A DNA stretch of 64,000 nt from Octopus sinensis (taxonomy: Eukaryota): the NCBI RefSeq assembly GCF_006345805.1, contig NC_043000.1, positions 82,274,001-82,338,000 of the forward strand, given 5' to 3'. The notes beneath the pieces are model-generated. The model searched no databases. It was not told where the DNA came from and worked only from the letters and a program-made list of their open reading frames with translations. How positions within the stretch are numbered: the first letter of the stretch is position 1; the number at the start of each line of letters is the position of its first letter. A program made the translations under genes and the position numbers. Below are positions 1 to 14,679 of this stretch, one piece after another.

Positions 1-129
1 ATAATTGACTAACATGGAATTTTATGTTTAATTTGCTTAAAATTTTCCAGATAAAAGTATCCAACAAATAAAATAATATGAAACATTTTAAAATTAAAAG
101 TGCTTTCAGGATTGCATTTCACTTTTGTG

Positions 130-1620
130 AACGCAATCAACTTTTTTAATCAGAGACCATATCTAGTCTTTTATCACGATAGTATCCAGTTGGCTTTGCT
201 ACCTTTCCCCGATTGTTGTAATCTTTTGATGAAACCTTCCATTGTGCTGGTCACTGATGTCTCCTAATTCATCGTTAAAAAAGAATTCACTCGTAGAGAC
301 TTGCAACAATCTAAGTCTTTATAACTTTCAGTAAGCTATGATACTGGGTCCTTGGTTTCTAATAAATATATCTTGCTTTGCTTTGGCATCGGGAGGCTTC
401 AGGAAATAGAAGTTGGTTGACCGGTTTTCCCTTAAGAAGCTTCTGTTCTGAAATCTAAGGCCCACCAGCCAGAATTACTAATCTCGATGTTGTGGGGTTA
501 ACAAAACATTTTCATGTTCCATAACAGGACTCCTTACAACATTTAGCTTTTCTAGCTGCAATTCCTGACGTGGTAGGAAGGGCAGTGAATTTTCTAGTAA
601 TAATCATCAACAACACCGCTATCCCTTAAAAAGAAACCATAAATATTTCGTAAATGAAGCATAAAGACTTAGCATCTGGAAATTTCCGCACATATCTCAC
701 TTAAATTCTGCATTGTTGATTTTGACAAGTAGCCGTTCAATATTTTCATAGATTTCTTTCATTTATATCGAGTGTGCAAGATGCAAAGATTGATATCAGT
801 TTCCATTGCAAAGAAAAACTGCTTTGAGGTTTTGAGTTAAGCTATGAACAATTGCCATTTCCATGAGGTTATATTTCAGCTCAACAGCAGTAAACAAAAC
901 AGTCACGTCTTTTATGATGAGGCAGATTTCCACTAATTTCAAAATAAATAGCAAATTCTGCACGCCTTTTCCAGGACATAGTATTCCTACGGCCATCCTC
1001 TATTAGTCAGCACATGCAATCTTATTCTTGGTACGAATGCTTCTTCTATTTCTTGGCTGCTACTGTTTGCTGACTCTTCAGATGCAGAAGTAGCTGTATT
1101 ATATTTCGTATGTAATAACTATACAATACTATGACTTTTGTAACTATAACCAAAATATGATAGTAACTTAATAGTTGCTGAAAACTACTAGTAGTAGTTT
1201 TAGTTATTTAAACCTTGTAAACTCAACTTACAGGTCCTTAGAAACTCAGAGGACTATTTTCCTAGTGATGTAGTTACAAGTAATATTAATTAGATTTGTT
1301 AGAGGTTGTAATATTGGTAAGCTTTCGGCATGAGGAACAGGTGCTACAGAAGACAGTGTGTTTCAATGTGTTTGGATACTGAAGAGTTTGTCTTTCCTTA
1401 TTCTTCCTGGACTCTGTAATATCAGGTATGCAAAAATCGTAGTCACTGTAGTAAGCCTTCAGCATTCTCCATATTCTGGGAATAGCAAAGAGTATTCTAT
1501 CTTGCACTTTTTAGCTACTCTTCTATGGTAGATTCACATATTTCATGCATTGCATGATGGGTTCAAAGCTTCTTTTGGTCTATAAGCTATTTAGAATTTC
1601 AAACTACCGAAAATTTTATA
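130..1620 (-). mobile_element. Degenerate CMC/Chapaev3-like DNA transposase
   Basis: Minus-strand translation across stops and frameshifts gives collinear motifs: DQKKL*THH, FAIPRIWRMLKAYYSDYDFC..QYPN, FTKYLWFL, VLLTPQH and GDISDQHNGRFHQ. These match the DQDKxWAPH, FAxPMIWREPxDHxxDCYFC, FTKYxCFLC, LLPPLH and SDEHGERFHQ pattern I recall for Chapaev3-type transposases. Confidence 0.7.
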
Positions 1621-2494
1621 TCTTCTTGATTTTTTTAATAAGAAAGTCGCAAACAGGGCGAGAAGCCACTTAGTGTAAAGAACTATCAAGAAGAAATTAA
1701 GACGAAAGGAATGTATTTGTTTTGGACTTGAAAGTGTTCAGGTCATAAGAAGGAGGACAACAATGAGATGGGAGAGAGTTCCAGCCTGTCAATTCAAAAA
1801 GAAAAGTTACTACCGCAGAAAGACTTCCATGTTCGTGGGAGCAGAGCAGCATTTGAATGAAGACGATATGAGTTTCGAGTTAAACGAGATGGCACGAAGT
1901 AGTCTGGAGTTAACAGAGGAAGTTCATCAGTGTACTTCCTGTGGAAATCATGATAAAAAAGACTAAAACTGACAATGTTTGAAGATGTAATAAGGGTTGC
2001 AGAGTTAGAGCAAGCGAGGAACCTATCAAATTAGGGATTCGCTTCTGAACCCAACACAATATCTGCAAATACAACAGAATCTATCTGGTGAGTTTTGCCT
2101 TCTTTACTTGCTATATTCTAAAAAGTTATGATTCACAAGTCTGCAAAACAGTTTGAAATAGAAATGTTTTAGATATGTAGATGAAAAGGCTATTCACTTC
2201 AATGTAAGAAACTTTTAAAAATATGAAACGGAATTATAAGTGTAATTTTGTATCAGTTGACGATTTAAAAAAAAAAGAAAAAAACTAATGCCATTTTTAG
2301 AACTTGATTTAATATCAGGTCGTTACCAAAATAACTGAAGATTTTAATCGTTATTTTAAAAGCAATATATATCTCAGCCTGGAATAATTTTCATTAACCG
2401 AAATCATAATAATTGGAATCTCAAGTTTTTGCTTACAAGAAACAAATCTCTTTATTTCGGAAGCACAAATAAAATTCGGGAATCCAGCAATTGA

Positions 2495-3210
2495 TGAATA
2501 CTTAAACCGAAGCCATTCTTTTGTAGAGGTTATCGTAATGCTTGAAAAAACTGTGGTTGGTGGGAAAGAGGTTTGGGTTAGATAAGACTTTATAGAAATT
2601 GAACGAATTGCACAAAGTCCTATCTAAGACCTCTCTCCTACTGAGAAATTGAACGAACTGCACAGAGTTATATGCGATACATAACAAGAAGAATTGATCC
2701 TTTTCGATTGACCAATGCTGGTCGTAAACGATGCAGCTCTTGGTGCATTGTGTCGATTTCCTGGGAACATACTTCTGTTGGGAAGACTTTGCCAGGATTC
2801 AAGATATTAAAAATATTAGAAATATCATTTCATCTACAGACTACTTGAGGCGATAATTTTCTTTTGATGCAAATTCGGCATAAGAAGGTGTTTTAGAGCT
2901 TCAACTCCATCCAGCCACTGCAGAACGCTTAATAGAATCTATTTTCGTCAGGTGTTACAATGCTATGAAGAAATGACTCGTTTCAGATGCGTAAAAATGC
3001 GTAAAGCAAACTATAATGGCGAGTTATTTTTTATGATTATTTTCAATCAGCTCTTCTTACACTCCCTATTAGTGAAAGATGCACATCTTCAATATTTAAT
3101 TTCCATTATGAAATTTTTGGAACCAATGTTCGTTGACGGTTTCCTGGCTAAATGCTTGGTTGATTTTGCGAACAGTTTCATCTGTTTGAGTTCCGTTTTG
3201 AACTCTTACA
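2495..3210 (-). mobile_element. Degenerate mariner transposase
   Basis: Minus strand reads ETVRKINQAFSQETVNEHWFQKFHNG (HTH region), then EIDTMHQELHRLRPALVNRKGSILL and HSFFKHYDNL. Multiple stops and frameshifts. Confidence 0.85.
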
Positions 3211-3231
3211 AAAAATTAAAAATAGATAAAT

Positions 3232-3236
3232 GAATA

Positions 3237-3315
<79 letters not shown>
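3232..3315. repeat. (AAT)n microsatellite
   Basis: Direct sequence. Confidence 0.98.
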
Positions 3316-3318
<3 letters not shown>

Positions 3319-3746
3319 AAATAAATAAATAAATATAAAAAGTTCCAATCCTCCGTTTCCTTATTTTTCACCTTAAATCTGTTAACCAGAAATAAACCCA
3401 AATAACTAGTGAAAGCAAAACAATACCAGGAACCGTTAGATCAAAATCTGCACTCCATAATGATATATAGCACGAGCATAGTGAAATAAAAGTTTATTCC
3501 AAAAAGAACAGCAACGTTTAATATTAGAAAAACCACTAATTAGTAATACAAGGTGAAAAAAAATCATAAGTAAATACTGCAAATTTTGTCATGTAGTGTA
3601 ATATTAAAGTTAATGAGTTTTCCCTTCATTACGGCAGTAATTTTAATTAATTAAACATTGAGACAATATTGCATTAAGTATGTTAACCTCTACTTAAGCA
3701 TGTGACACTGTAATAATTACATACAGGCATACACAGAAACACAGAC

Positions 3747-3926
<180 letters not shown>

Positions 3927-4504
3927 GTGGACACAGACAGGAGAGAGAGAAAGTAAGTGGGTGAGATAAAATGAACGAGTAATAAAGTCAAAGGGAAATG
4001 AGAGTAGGAGGAAGTATTAGCGTTAAGAACAGCTGCACTAGACGAGGTCGCTCAGAAAGTAAACAAATTTACACACATACACACACGCAAACGCTAGCAT
4101 ACACAAACACGCTGCGCACACGCTCACACACGCACGCATTCACACACACATGCCTACGGACATTAATATGCACTTCCACGTTATCTCACACACACCTACA
4201 CACATAAACTAATACACGCAAGAGGAGCTCAATTCCACTCTTTCCAGACATAAGGAAACCTTTTTCTTTCTCGTTGTCTCACTGTCTGTCTCTCCTTATA
4301 CGCACGCGCGTGTGAATGTGTGTGCGTGTTGTGTGTGTGTGTGTGTGTGTAGAAAAATTCTATTACAAAATTGGCTTCAGTGAGATTTGAACATAGAGGA
4401 CAGCATCTATAACTAAATGCCAAAAGCATTTTGTTCGACGCTCTAATGATTCTGTGTCCGAATATACACGAACATGTTAAATATGACTGTACATACATAC
4501 ATAT

Positions 4505-4561
<57 letters not shown>

Positions 4562-5829
4562 AACACACTCAAAAGAAAAACTGGCAATCTACGTGGTTTT
4601 GCATAAGAGCATTTAAAATTGCCTAATTTTTCTTCTCGAATCATTGCCGAAATTTCGGCTTCATAAACAACTGAGTTTATCGACCAGGCTTGATCAAGCA
4701 GGCAAGCTTCAAGGTCTTGGCTATCTTCTTTCCACTATGTTGGCCAGCTATGTATGGTATCTAAAGACCAACTGCATACCACATACAGTAAGGGGAGAAT
4801 TACAGGGAAATCTACGCTACATATAAATGGATCAAAGAGATGCAGGTAGAAAGATGACATTATTTTGGGGGCCAATAATTCCACCACACTACCTAATTCC
4901 AGATCCAAAATGTTTACCAAATGCAGACAAATTTCTATTGTCGAACTGGATGATACCACCTTCTCCGGATTGAGTAGCTAACTCAGATTTTGGCCTTCTC
5001 TCCTTACGGCTCACAATCGTGCACGTGTGTGTATATGCACTCGCGTATGCATGTATGTATGTATTTATGTATGTATAGTTGAAATACTAGCTTCATTCAT
5101 AGTATTTATCATATCTTGCTGAAAAAGAAAATCTTACACGCTCATCAAAGAATCCACTACCTAATAATATAAAATAGAAAACTGTTCTGATTGGATGAGT
5201 CTTCAAACTCGAATTAACTCATTTTAAATAGTCTAAAATTTTGAGAACACGATATAACTCAAAATAAGATTTATTGATATTTATGCTACAAAATACAGAA
5301 CACCCAAGCTTATGATTAGCTGAATCTAAATATGAGGTGTATGCGCGCGTGTCTGCGAGTGTGAGTGTGTGGGTATGTAAAACAAACGATAGTCAATCGT
5401 CGTTAGGATTCTTTATGTTTTTAGTTAATACAATTATAAACAAGTTGTTGATAACGTTAGAAAGAGCACAGCTTTGACGACAGTATAACAGAATTCAACA
5501 AGGTCACCGTAAGATTATCTTATAATGCAGGAATAAAATAGCAGCTTGAAAGACAAACAGTTGTAAGTAGGATAACAACTCAAACGTCCTTAATTCGAGG
5601 ACAGAAAGTACTTCGTTTGTTATCCTTCGGTGAATCTTTTCTTGAACTTCTTATGCTTGATATGAAAGGAATCTGCTGTGTGATTTGATCCGTTAGGAAC
5701 GTACTTGTTACTGTGGTGATAAGTTTCTTGAAAAGTAATTGATGTAGCGAATTTCTAAGCTCATAGACGGGAATTTTGTGATAAGTCTACTGATGTATTT
5801 AGTAGAAATACTTATTGGGTTGACTGACC

Positions 5830-7390
5830 AACATTATGGATATGAAAATGTTCTTCACATACCAACAAAATGTCTTTCTTGTATCTTTATTTCTTTATTT
5901 GTCGGAGTAAACGACCGACTCTTGGAGTGGTTGCATATGAAGTACTTGGTCTGCCAAGGATGATATCTTGTCTCCACTAAATGCCTTGGCTCGGGAGCCA
6001 TTACTGCGGAAGCTAAAACTGTTAAAGGGCGTCTCTTCTGAGCTAGGAAGCAGGAAGACTTTCTTGGCGTACACAGATGGCGTCACTACGAAAGTGGAGG
6101 TGGGCGGTAGCATTCTAAAGGAGTACGAGATTGTGGTAGGATTATAGATAAATCTGGTCAAGTTGGTGAGTTTACAGTTAGGCACCTGGAGCGGAAAGCC
6201 CATACTGTCAGATGGTGGCGTGGAGAGCTGGACGGACGGATGGACCAGTTAAATTGCTTGGGTTCTGATTCTGTCTGGGTCCCCAAAAGAACAGGAATTA
6301 GGGTGAAGTTACGAACAGGATGACTAGTCTGACTCAGAAATAGGTCAAAAGGAAGCTTTCCCTGAAAGTCAAGCAGAGGTGGCGAATACCTACAAAAACT
6401 TCGTTATTGTTTGCCACTCTTTTTGTGCTTTGCTTCGGTTCCCGCCTGATCTGATCGGAGCATCTGCTCTTCTCTTTGTGCAAAGGATGTGTTCTACTAA
6501 CTATCAATGCCTTTTATAAAGAAAGCTCACTATGCCCTGGCTGTTAAAGTACAGACAAGTTCTGATACTGCACCCCCTACAAAGATTCCTGGACGGCGAG
6601 CAGGTGTGGTCTCTCTTTGTAAGGTACATTTCTCTGCGGTTCGTCTCTTTGATGGAGCTGCAGTCCTAGGTCATAAAAAGATTATAATTTAGGCGCTTGA
6701 TATCTGGGACGTCGTCAAGTACTTTTCGCCTTCTACTTGTTGGTTCATGCACTTAGTGGAAGCTCTACGTCAGCAATATATAGAGGTGTCAGGATGCTCG
6801 TAGAGCGACGAAACAGTTCTGCTCAACTTGTTCAGTGTCACAGAGTTGCTGAATAGTGAAGTTAACGTCGAATAGCTCATGTTGTGTGTAGAGTGAATCC
6901 GGCTATTATTGACAGAGTAACTTATAAAGATCAGTTCAACGTCCTCCTTGAATGTCTGATGGCTACGGTGAAAGAGATTTCACTGACTTTTTCAAGTTCT
7001 CTTGAAAAAGAAGGTAAAATGGAGAAGAAAATTATCTACTTCTACAAATTTAATGGGGACTGTTTCGAAAATAGGCAGAATAGATGGAACTTCTCAAAGG
7101 ATGCTCCTCTAAGCCGAAGAAGTAGACTTAAGAGAGAAAGAGAGAGAGAGAGCGAGCACCCCTTTGGTAGTCAGGGTATTTTGGAATCGGGTTACTTTTT
7201 GATTTGCTCTAGTTGGAAGGCCTCCTGTATCAGGGGAACTACATCGTCCATTATTTATAGATTTGTACATTATGTATACTTTTTATGACAACTCTCTTGT
7301 TTTCGGCCCTCATTGCAGTTTATGTCCCACATTATGTATAACCTGCATTTTTGTTATCTCTTTCATCCGATGCCCTTGAGCAAATAAAAG
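5830..7390 (+). mobile_element. L1/Tx1-type LINE, RT and 3' end, degenerate
   Basis: Plus-strand pieces EPLLRKLKLL, AYTDGVT (decayed YADD), GPVKLLG, KRKLSLK..AEVANTY and RFLDGEQVWSL; AATAAA near 7383. Same family as 22625-24235. Confidence 0.8.
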
Positions 7391-7399
7391 GAATTGTAG

Positions 7400-7815
7400 G
7401 CAAGCTGGTAGAAACATTATGTCGGAAAATTGCTTAGGGGCATATGATCTGGCGATTTACATTCTGAGTTCAAATCCCGCCTTAGTGAACTTAGCCTTTC
7501 ATCCTTTTGGAGTCGATAAGATTGGGGTCGATTTAATCGGTTTAGCCTGTTCCGCTAAAAACCTTTTGGCCATTTATCATCATCATCATCATCATCATTA
7601 TTATTATTATTAAGGCAGCGAGTTGGCAGAATCGTTAGCACGCTTGCAAAATGCATAACGGCATTTCCTCCGTCTTTACGTTCTACAAGTCTTTGCCTTT
7701 CATCCTTGTGGGAGTTCGATAAAATAAGTACCAGTCAAGTACTGGGATTGATGTAATCGATTAAACCCCTTTCTGAAGGTTTCAGGCCGTGTACCTTTCG
7801 TAGAAAAAATCATTA
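7400..7815 (+). mobile_element. Two tandem tRNA-derived SINE copies
   Basis: Heads ggcaagctggtagaaac / ggcagcgagttggcagaatcgttagc and body gcctttcatcc..gataaaataagtaccagt, which recur many times in the window. Confidence 0.8.
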
Positions 7816-7834
7816 TTATTATTTGATGAAAACT

Positions 7835-8960
7835 CTCAGCTTATTTTGCTGGGTATGATGGAAAGCGTCAGCTGTCTACAGCCAGCAGACTAAGGTGTCA
7901 TTTGTTTACTGGTCATGCTTCAAGAACCCTACAAAGAATTCTTGCAGTTCCCAGCAATGTTGATTTTTGAAGGTGTTCTATCTTTATATTTGTACCAATC
8001 TTTTTGAGTCATGTTGGTAGATGAGTGCTGATACCTCCAACTGCACCAATTACTATTGGTATCACGTCTATTCTCCTCATTGACCACAACTTTCGTATTT
8101 CCCACTTTAAATCGTCGTAGATGTTCAGTTTTCTTCTTTCTCTTTCAACCTGTTATTACAGGGACATGCTATGTCGATTATCATGCAAGTTCTTTCTTTT
8201 TTTTATTCACCACAACAATGTCTGGTTTCCGATGTCTGGTCAGGTAATCGCACTGAATCATTGCATACCACAGGATTTTGCAATCTTCATTCTCGGTGAC
8301 TCCTTCTGGGCTTTTCTCATACCATGTCTATGCTCTTGGTAGGCCGTGATTTCTACAGAGCTCCCAATGGATCATCCTTGTCACATTGTCGTGTCATCTT
8401 TTATATTCGCCTTGTGCCAGTTTCGGGCATTCGTTAACGATGTGTCATACTGTTTCACCCTTCTCACCACACATTCTGCATTTGTCGTTCTCGGCAGTGT
8501 TGTCGATTTTGCACTTCACATAGTTAGTCCTTAACGCTTGTTCTTGTGCTGCACATATAAGTTTTTCTGTCTCTATTTTCAAGTAATTTCGCCTCATCCA
8601 TAGCCACCGGGCTTCTGTATCTGTCTTGGCGTTCGTATCTCTTGCAAACTGACCTGCCATGTTGTTTGTTTCTTTTTTGTGTGTGTGTGTGTTCTTTTCC
8701 TCTTTAAGTTTTACTTTCTTTGCACAATTTTCAATTTTGATGACGCCGGCCTTCTTCATTTGTTTCAACAGTGGTTCCACGGTATAATTTACACACCACC
8801 CTAAGCTGTTTTCCTTTGCTTCGATAAAAATCCTGGCAACTGATCAAACCTCTCCCACCCTTTCTTCTGGAAAAGTACAGCCTATCGGGGTCACTGTTAG
8901 GGTGGAAGGCTCTGTACACTGTCAATATTGTTTTTGTCTTTGTATCCGTGTTCATCAGTT
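7835..8960 (-). mobile_element. R4/Dong-type non-LTR retrotransposon, 3' part (zinc knuckle and restriction-like endonuclease)
   Basis: ORFs 8731-8955 (FHPNSDPDRLYFSRRKGGRGL) and 8445-8780 (ICAAQEQALRTNY..CRMCGEKGETV), then HRKPDIVVV..CMIID. (ATT)n at the 5' junction. Confidence 0.92.
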
Positions 8961-8974
8961 CTTTCTTTTGCCAG

Positions 8975-9046
<72 letters not shown>

Positions 9047-9229
9047 TGACTAGGTGTGAGACTTAATGTGTCGCGACCTGATACTATTCTGTCTATGCTA
9101 TGATAACATCTACACAGACTATATCTGATGTACTTTTAGCGAAATCTCATCAATATTCATTGACAAACCGAAATATCAGATTTACAAAACAGATGTTAAA
9201 TTTTATTTCATTTCTTCATGGTGGACTTA

Positions 9230-9780
9230 CTGCTAGTGGCGATGATTGAGGTTACTGGAGGCGGTGGTTGTGACGATGGTGGTGGTGGTGGTGGTGGTTA
9301 TAGTGCTAGCGTTGTTGTTCTTTTGGCGCTGTGTTGGTGGTGGTGGTGGTGATGGGTGCTGAAGCGCATGCATAAGCAAGTGATAACGGTGGTAGTTGTA
9401 GTTTTTATACTATTGTTGTTGGTTATTGTTGTTTTGGCGGAGGAAGTGTTTAAGTTCTTGTAAATGTTAGTAATGCGGTGAGTTGCTGGGAGAAGTGGGA
9501 GGAGATGATGTTCGTGGTTGTGGTGATGGTGAAGATGGTGTTGTTATTGGTGGTGGTGGTGGTGGTTGTGGTGGTGGTGGCGGTGGTGGTGGTGTTAGTG
9601 GTAATAATTACTATGACAATATAATTGTCAAAGTAGTGGTAGTGGTGGTGCTGGTGCTGGTGAAGATGGTGTTGCTAATGGGGGTGGTGTTGGTGGTGGT
9701 GGTGGTTGTGATTGTAATGATGATGGAGATGTAGGTGTTTGTGATGATGTTGCTGTGGTTATCATATTGGTGTTAGTGGT
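9230..9780. repeat. (GGT/GTT)-rich low-complexity tract
   Basis: Direct sequence; explains ORF 9483-9734. Confidence 0.9.
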
Positions 9781-9869
9781 TGATTAGAAGAGCGTTCAGA
9801 AGCGTTCCAGTCATGACTATTCCACCTTGTTTTTTCAGATTTAATTTATCTATAGAACTCCTTTATCCA

Positions 9870-10121
<252 letters not shown>

Positions 10122-10264
10122 TTAAATTTGGTGATGTGCGCCTAATAAAGTAACCCATTTGCACGAAGTCATTTTTGACATATGGAGTTACGTAAGTCAG
10201 TTGTTGTCATGAACAGAAAATTTCTAACGATCAGTTGAATCTATCGTAAGACACGGCCAACTGT

Positions 10265-10334
<70 letters not shown>

Positions 10335-10438
10335 TACTGTTTCTTAATGAAAATTGACTGATAGCTAAAACAAAAGTGATTGTATGTAGGAGAAAATAAA
10401 GGAAAAAAAACTGGAAACATATTTTCCTCTTCGGCCAG

Positions 10439-10537
10439 GACGTCATCGATTTCTCGAAGTTCCTCTTGAAGAGGAAAGTGAAGGTGGAGAGTGATGTCCT
10501 GCTCACCATTACATTTACCGAAAAATAGACAAGAGTG
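10439..10537 (+). other. Candidate 99-nt exon of an unidentified transcript
   Basis: Acceptor attttcctcttcggccag| and donor |gtgagt in non-repetitive, purine-rich sequence. Each of the three frames contains a stop. Confidence 0.45.
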
Positions 10538-10851
10538 GTGAGTATGGGCTCATCACACAGATGTTGATTGGAGAATAGGACTGGGAGAAGGCCCTTGTTC
10601 TTGTCATTGAAAGAAACCCAATGAATTTACGCTATCCCCATTATTGACACGTTTCATTTTCATTTGTATTTATGCAATTGTTTTCCGCACATGCTTTCTC
10701 ATCTTCATTTCGATGCCTAAACCCAATCGGTTTTCTATTTTCCACTTCTAATGTTTCCTCCTTTTCTTCAGCTTCATCCTGTTCTCCTGCTGATAAACAA
10801 AACAGAAAGCATTATTATTATTATCATCATCATCATCATCATCATTATTAA

Positions 10852-10913
<62 letters not shown>

Positions 10914-11089
10914 TATGTTTGACTTTTGCTTTATGTCTGTACAAGTTGGCTCCAAGTCTCACCCAGAGACCTCAAGAGACAACAGGTTGGAAGTTCACGT
11001 TGTTGTTATGCCTAGTGTACCATATATTTGGGGTTTTTTTTGGTGTTGTACTAGTGAATGTCTAATACATACATTTTTTTTTTAATTTA

Positions 11090-13830
11090 AAAAAAAAAAT
11101 TAAAACCCCCAAATCAATCCCAAAATTCTTGTTGTCACCAACACAGCATTTTTTTTTTAGCATATTGTACCCTCATGCCAATTCCAATTTCTCTGTCATA
11201 TTCTTCAAACCCGCTTGTTTATGCTTCCAGTGCCTGATTATATTGTAGTGGCGTCTCTTATATTCCTTCTGGGCTAGTGGTGTACATTGGCTGCTAATAT
11301 GCCAAAACAGTTTCACCGATTTGTCCACAGATTCTGCACTTATCACTTTCTGTTGTGTTGTCTATTCTGTATTTTATGTAGTTTGTTCTTAGCGCTTGCT
11401 CTTGGGCAGCACAGATTAGAGCCTCTGTTTCCGGTTTAAATCACTTTTAGTCATCCACAGCCATCATTTTCTCTGTCTGTTTTATCTTTAACATCTCTAT
11501 GAAATTGACCATGCATTCTTTTCTTTACCCACCTATTTTCAGTTTCATTTGTTTTCAATTCCTTGTATTGTGCTTTATCTTTGCAATCTTTCGTCCTACA
11601 CAAGCTTGACCTTTTTACTTCTGTGGTATTTTTTACATATCATGCTAGATTGTTTTCTTCTGCTCTAATGATGTGTTCGCATCCAATGTCCTCTTCCCCC
11701 TCTTTTTCTTAGTGCATACAATCTGCCTGTGTCACTTTTGGGGTGGAGTGACCCATATCTAGTGAGTAACTTCCTTGTCTTTCTGTCTATGCTGCTTAGT
11801 TTGTCTACTGTCCATGCGATTACCCCACCTCCATATCTAAGGAGTGAAACCACCCAGGTGTTGATAGCTTCGATCTTATTCCGTCCATTTAATTTCAACT
11901 TAAGGATCAGTCTCAGTCTGCGCAAGTACTCCACCTTAAATTTTTCTGTCATTTCTTTCTCCAACAATTTATCCATTTTCAAAATCCCCAAGTACTTATA
12001 GCCCGTCTCTTGTATCTGCTTCATAACCTCACTCGACGGTATCGTTAGCTCATTCGTACATTTGATTTTGTCTCTCTTCAAGACTAAGACACCACACTTT
12101 CTCAGTTCAACCTTCATTCTGATATTAGTACTGAAGGTATACACCGTATCAACGAGGGAACTGACTTGGGCCTCATCTTTACCATAAAGTTTGAGGTCAT
12201 CCATGAATAACAAATGGTTGACTTTTTGCAGGTGACTTTTGAATACATATCCAGCTTTTGCTTTCCTCAGAGTCAATGTTAGTGGTATCAAACACAGTAC
12301 AAAGATCAATGGGGACAGGCTGTTACCTTAGCAGATGCACCTCCTAATTTCTACTGTCCCTAAACTTCTTCTGTATGCTGTCATGCCCGTCCTCCAATTC
12401 GCCATACTTTTTCCAAGCAATCGCTCAACATTCGATGCAAGGAATGTGGGATCATATCGTACGCCTTACGATAGTCGATCCATGACATGGCTAAGTTACT
12501 TTTCCTCTTCTTGCAGTTTCTAAGTACAGTTTTGTCTGTCAGGAGTTGATCCTTGGTACCTCTGCACTTACGCTTGCAACCCTTCTGGCAGGACTTTATC
12601 ATTTTTTTCCAGATATTCGTACATTGACTCTGCGAGTATTCCAGTCAATAACTTCCATGTAAGTGGCAAACAGGATTTCGGCCTGTAATTGTCTACCGTA
12701 TTACCTTTCTCGATGTTTTTCAAGCACAGCATTTGTCCTACGCAATGTCAACCACTCTGGTGTTCCTCGGTCGGCATTTAACAAGGTGTTGAGTTCCGCA
12801 GCTATTCGTGCATGACGTTCACCAAATCTTTTGATCCAGTAGCCTTGGACTCCATCTGGTCCCGGGACCTTCCAGCTGCTCATTTTTTTGCTGATTTCTT
12901 TCACTTCCTTAACTTCATTTTCAGCGCCCTGTATTTTTGTTCGCTTTTAAGCTCCCCTTTCTCTTTTCGGTCTAACACAGAGATTTCCTTCGAGAGCATG
13001 TTTAACCCTGCCTGGATTCTATTTTTCCACCACGGATCTTTTCTTTTGTCACTCCCATTATGTTTCTTTTTCTTGACATCAACACCTACGTTTTCTGCAA
13101 CAACAATACTTGCTGCCTAGATCAAATTATTTGTTTGTGTGATGTTGTTTGTTCTGATGTATTTCAGAATTTCATTGAAATTTTTCGTTTCTTGGTTCAA
13201 TTTCCATCGATCAACCTTTTTAAGGTTGTAAATAACGCCCCGCTATCGTTCTCCTGTAGTCCTTTCTTTTATTCTGTCGTAGATTGCCTTTTGTTCATCT
13301 GTCATGTCGCCATTAGTTTTATTGTCTTCTTTTAGATTATCTATATGTCTCTCATCAAGTAAACTACCACTGCTCCTTTCCTGTGTTATGGGATAACTTT
13401 ATTAGTAAGAACTATATTTTCGTTGTTATTTCTGCTGCTATTTTCCGTGGCCCATCTTTTGATAGCTTCGAGCTCTACTTCTGTGAACCAACAATTTTTC
13501 TTATTGCTCTAACTTGATCACATAGTCTCTGTTCCGTAAGTTGAAACAATCTCTTTTCTCTCCAATGATCATACATACGTTGTCGGTAAACCCTAATTTG
13601 AGAACCATTTTCATCTACCGGGCTACTCAGGTAGTAACACTCCATGACCACAGTATTAATTTGCTTGCTCCATCTACGACGTGTGTGGTGATCCCTTTCT
13701 GGATATCGACAGGCTGTAGCCGGACCAGAATCTCTGAGCCTACCAGCTGTACCACTGTCACCATCATTGGCTTCAGTTGCATTCCCATCATTATTCACAA
13801 TATTTTGTTTTTCATTGTCACTCATATGAG
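11090..13830 (-). mobile_element. R4/Dong-type LINE, N-terminus and RT, degenerate (~2.7 kb)
   Basis: ORF 13475-13825 (RRRWSKQINTVVMECYY..TEQRLCDQ), [26 protein letters not shown] and ORF 11665-12309 (NHLLFMDDLKLYG, YKYLGIL, HPKSDTGRLY). Confidence 0.93.
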
Positions 13831-14445
13831 GGAGCGATTATCAGGTTGCGCAATTACCAGTGTTTTTATTGACACCATCACTAGATGTATCATTAATCAG
13901 CCCACGAGGAGGAGGAGGCTCCATCCGTTTCCTTTCATTATTATTATTATTATTATCATCATCATCACTGATATCACTGATATTATTGTTTTCATGTGTA
14001 GTAGCAGCAGTGGTTGGGGTAGTGGTAATGGTGATAGTTAGACCTCAGATTCCTGTGGTATCATAATAGTGGTAGTTGCAGTATTAATGTAGTGTTAGTA
14101 GTATTTAGTATTAGCAGCTGCAGCATATTATTATCATTATTTTAATAATTATCACCAACACCACCACTACCATTGTTTGAGGGAATTATTGGCTAGAAGT
14201 TTGGTGAATAGATCATAATCTACAGGTCTATAAATAGATTCGGCAGATGGTGGAAAGGTCAGCCATAGAGACAAAGATATCTTCCGCCCTTTGGGTCAGC
14301 AGAGGTCAAATGTGTTTACTGCTACCAGTGGATACTAGGAGTTCTGCCTTGAAAAGAAGCAATTCAACCTGTTCTATTTGTAATTACTGGTAATAAAAAC
14401 ACAATAATATATATATACATATATACACATACATACATACATACA

Positions 14446-14477
<32 letters not shown>

Positions 14478-14591
14478 CTGATATTCACGTCGTTGAATTT
14501 TTGAATTTCTGAATTCAGTTGTGTTGTTGCAATAAAAGATGTGTTTACGTATTTGGATATTATTATTATTATTATTATTATTATTAGCAGC

Positions 14592-14630
<39 letters not shown>

Positions 14631-14679
14631 TAGTAGTAGTAGTAGTAGTAGTAGTACTACTACTATTATTATTATTATC

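Noticed and set aside
1741-2087. ORF 1763-1966 and the strong donor CTG|gtgagt at 2087
   Set aside because: No good acceptor, and no frame stays open across the segment to the donor; no recognisable domain.
4570-4990. Possible mariner remnant
   Set aside because: Only vague spacing similarity; no diagnostic motif survives.
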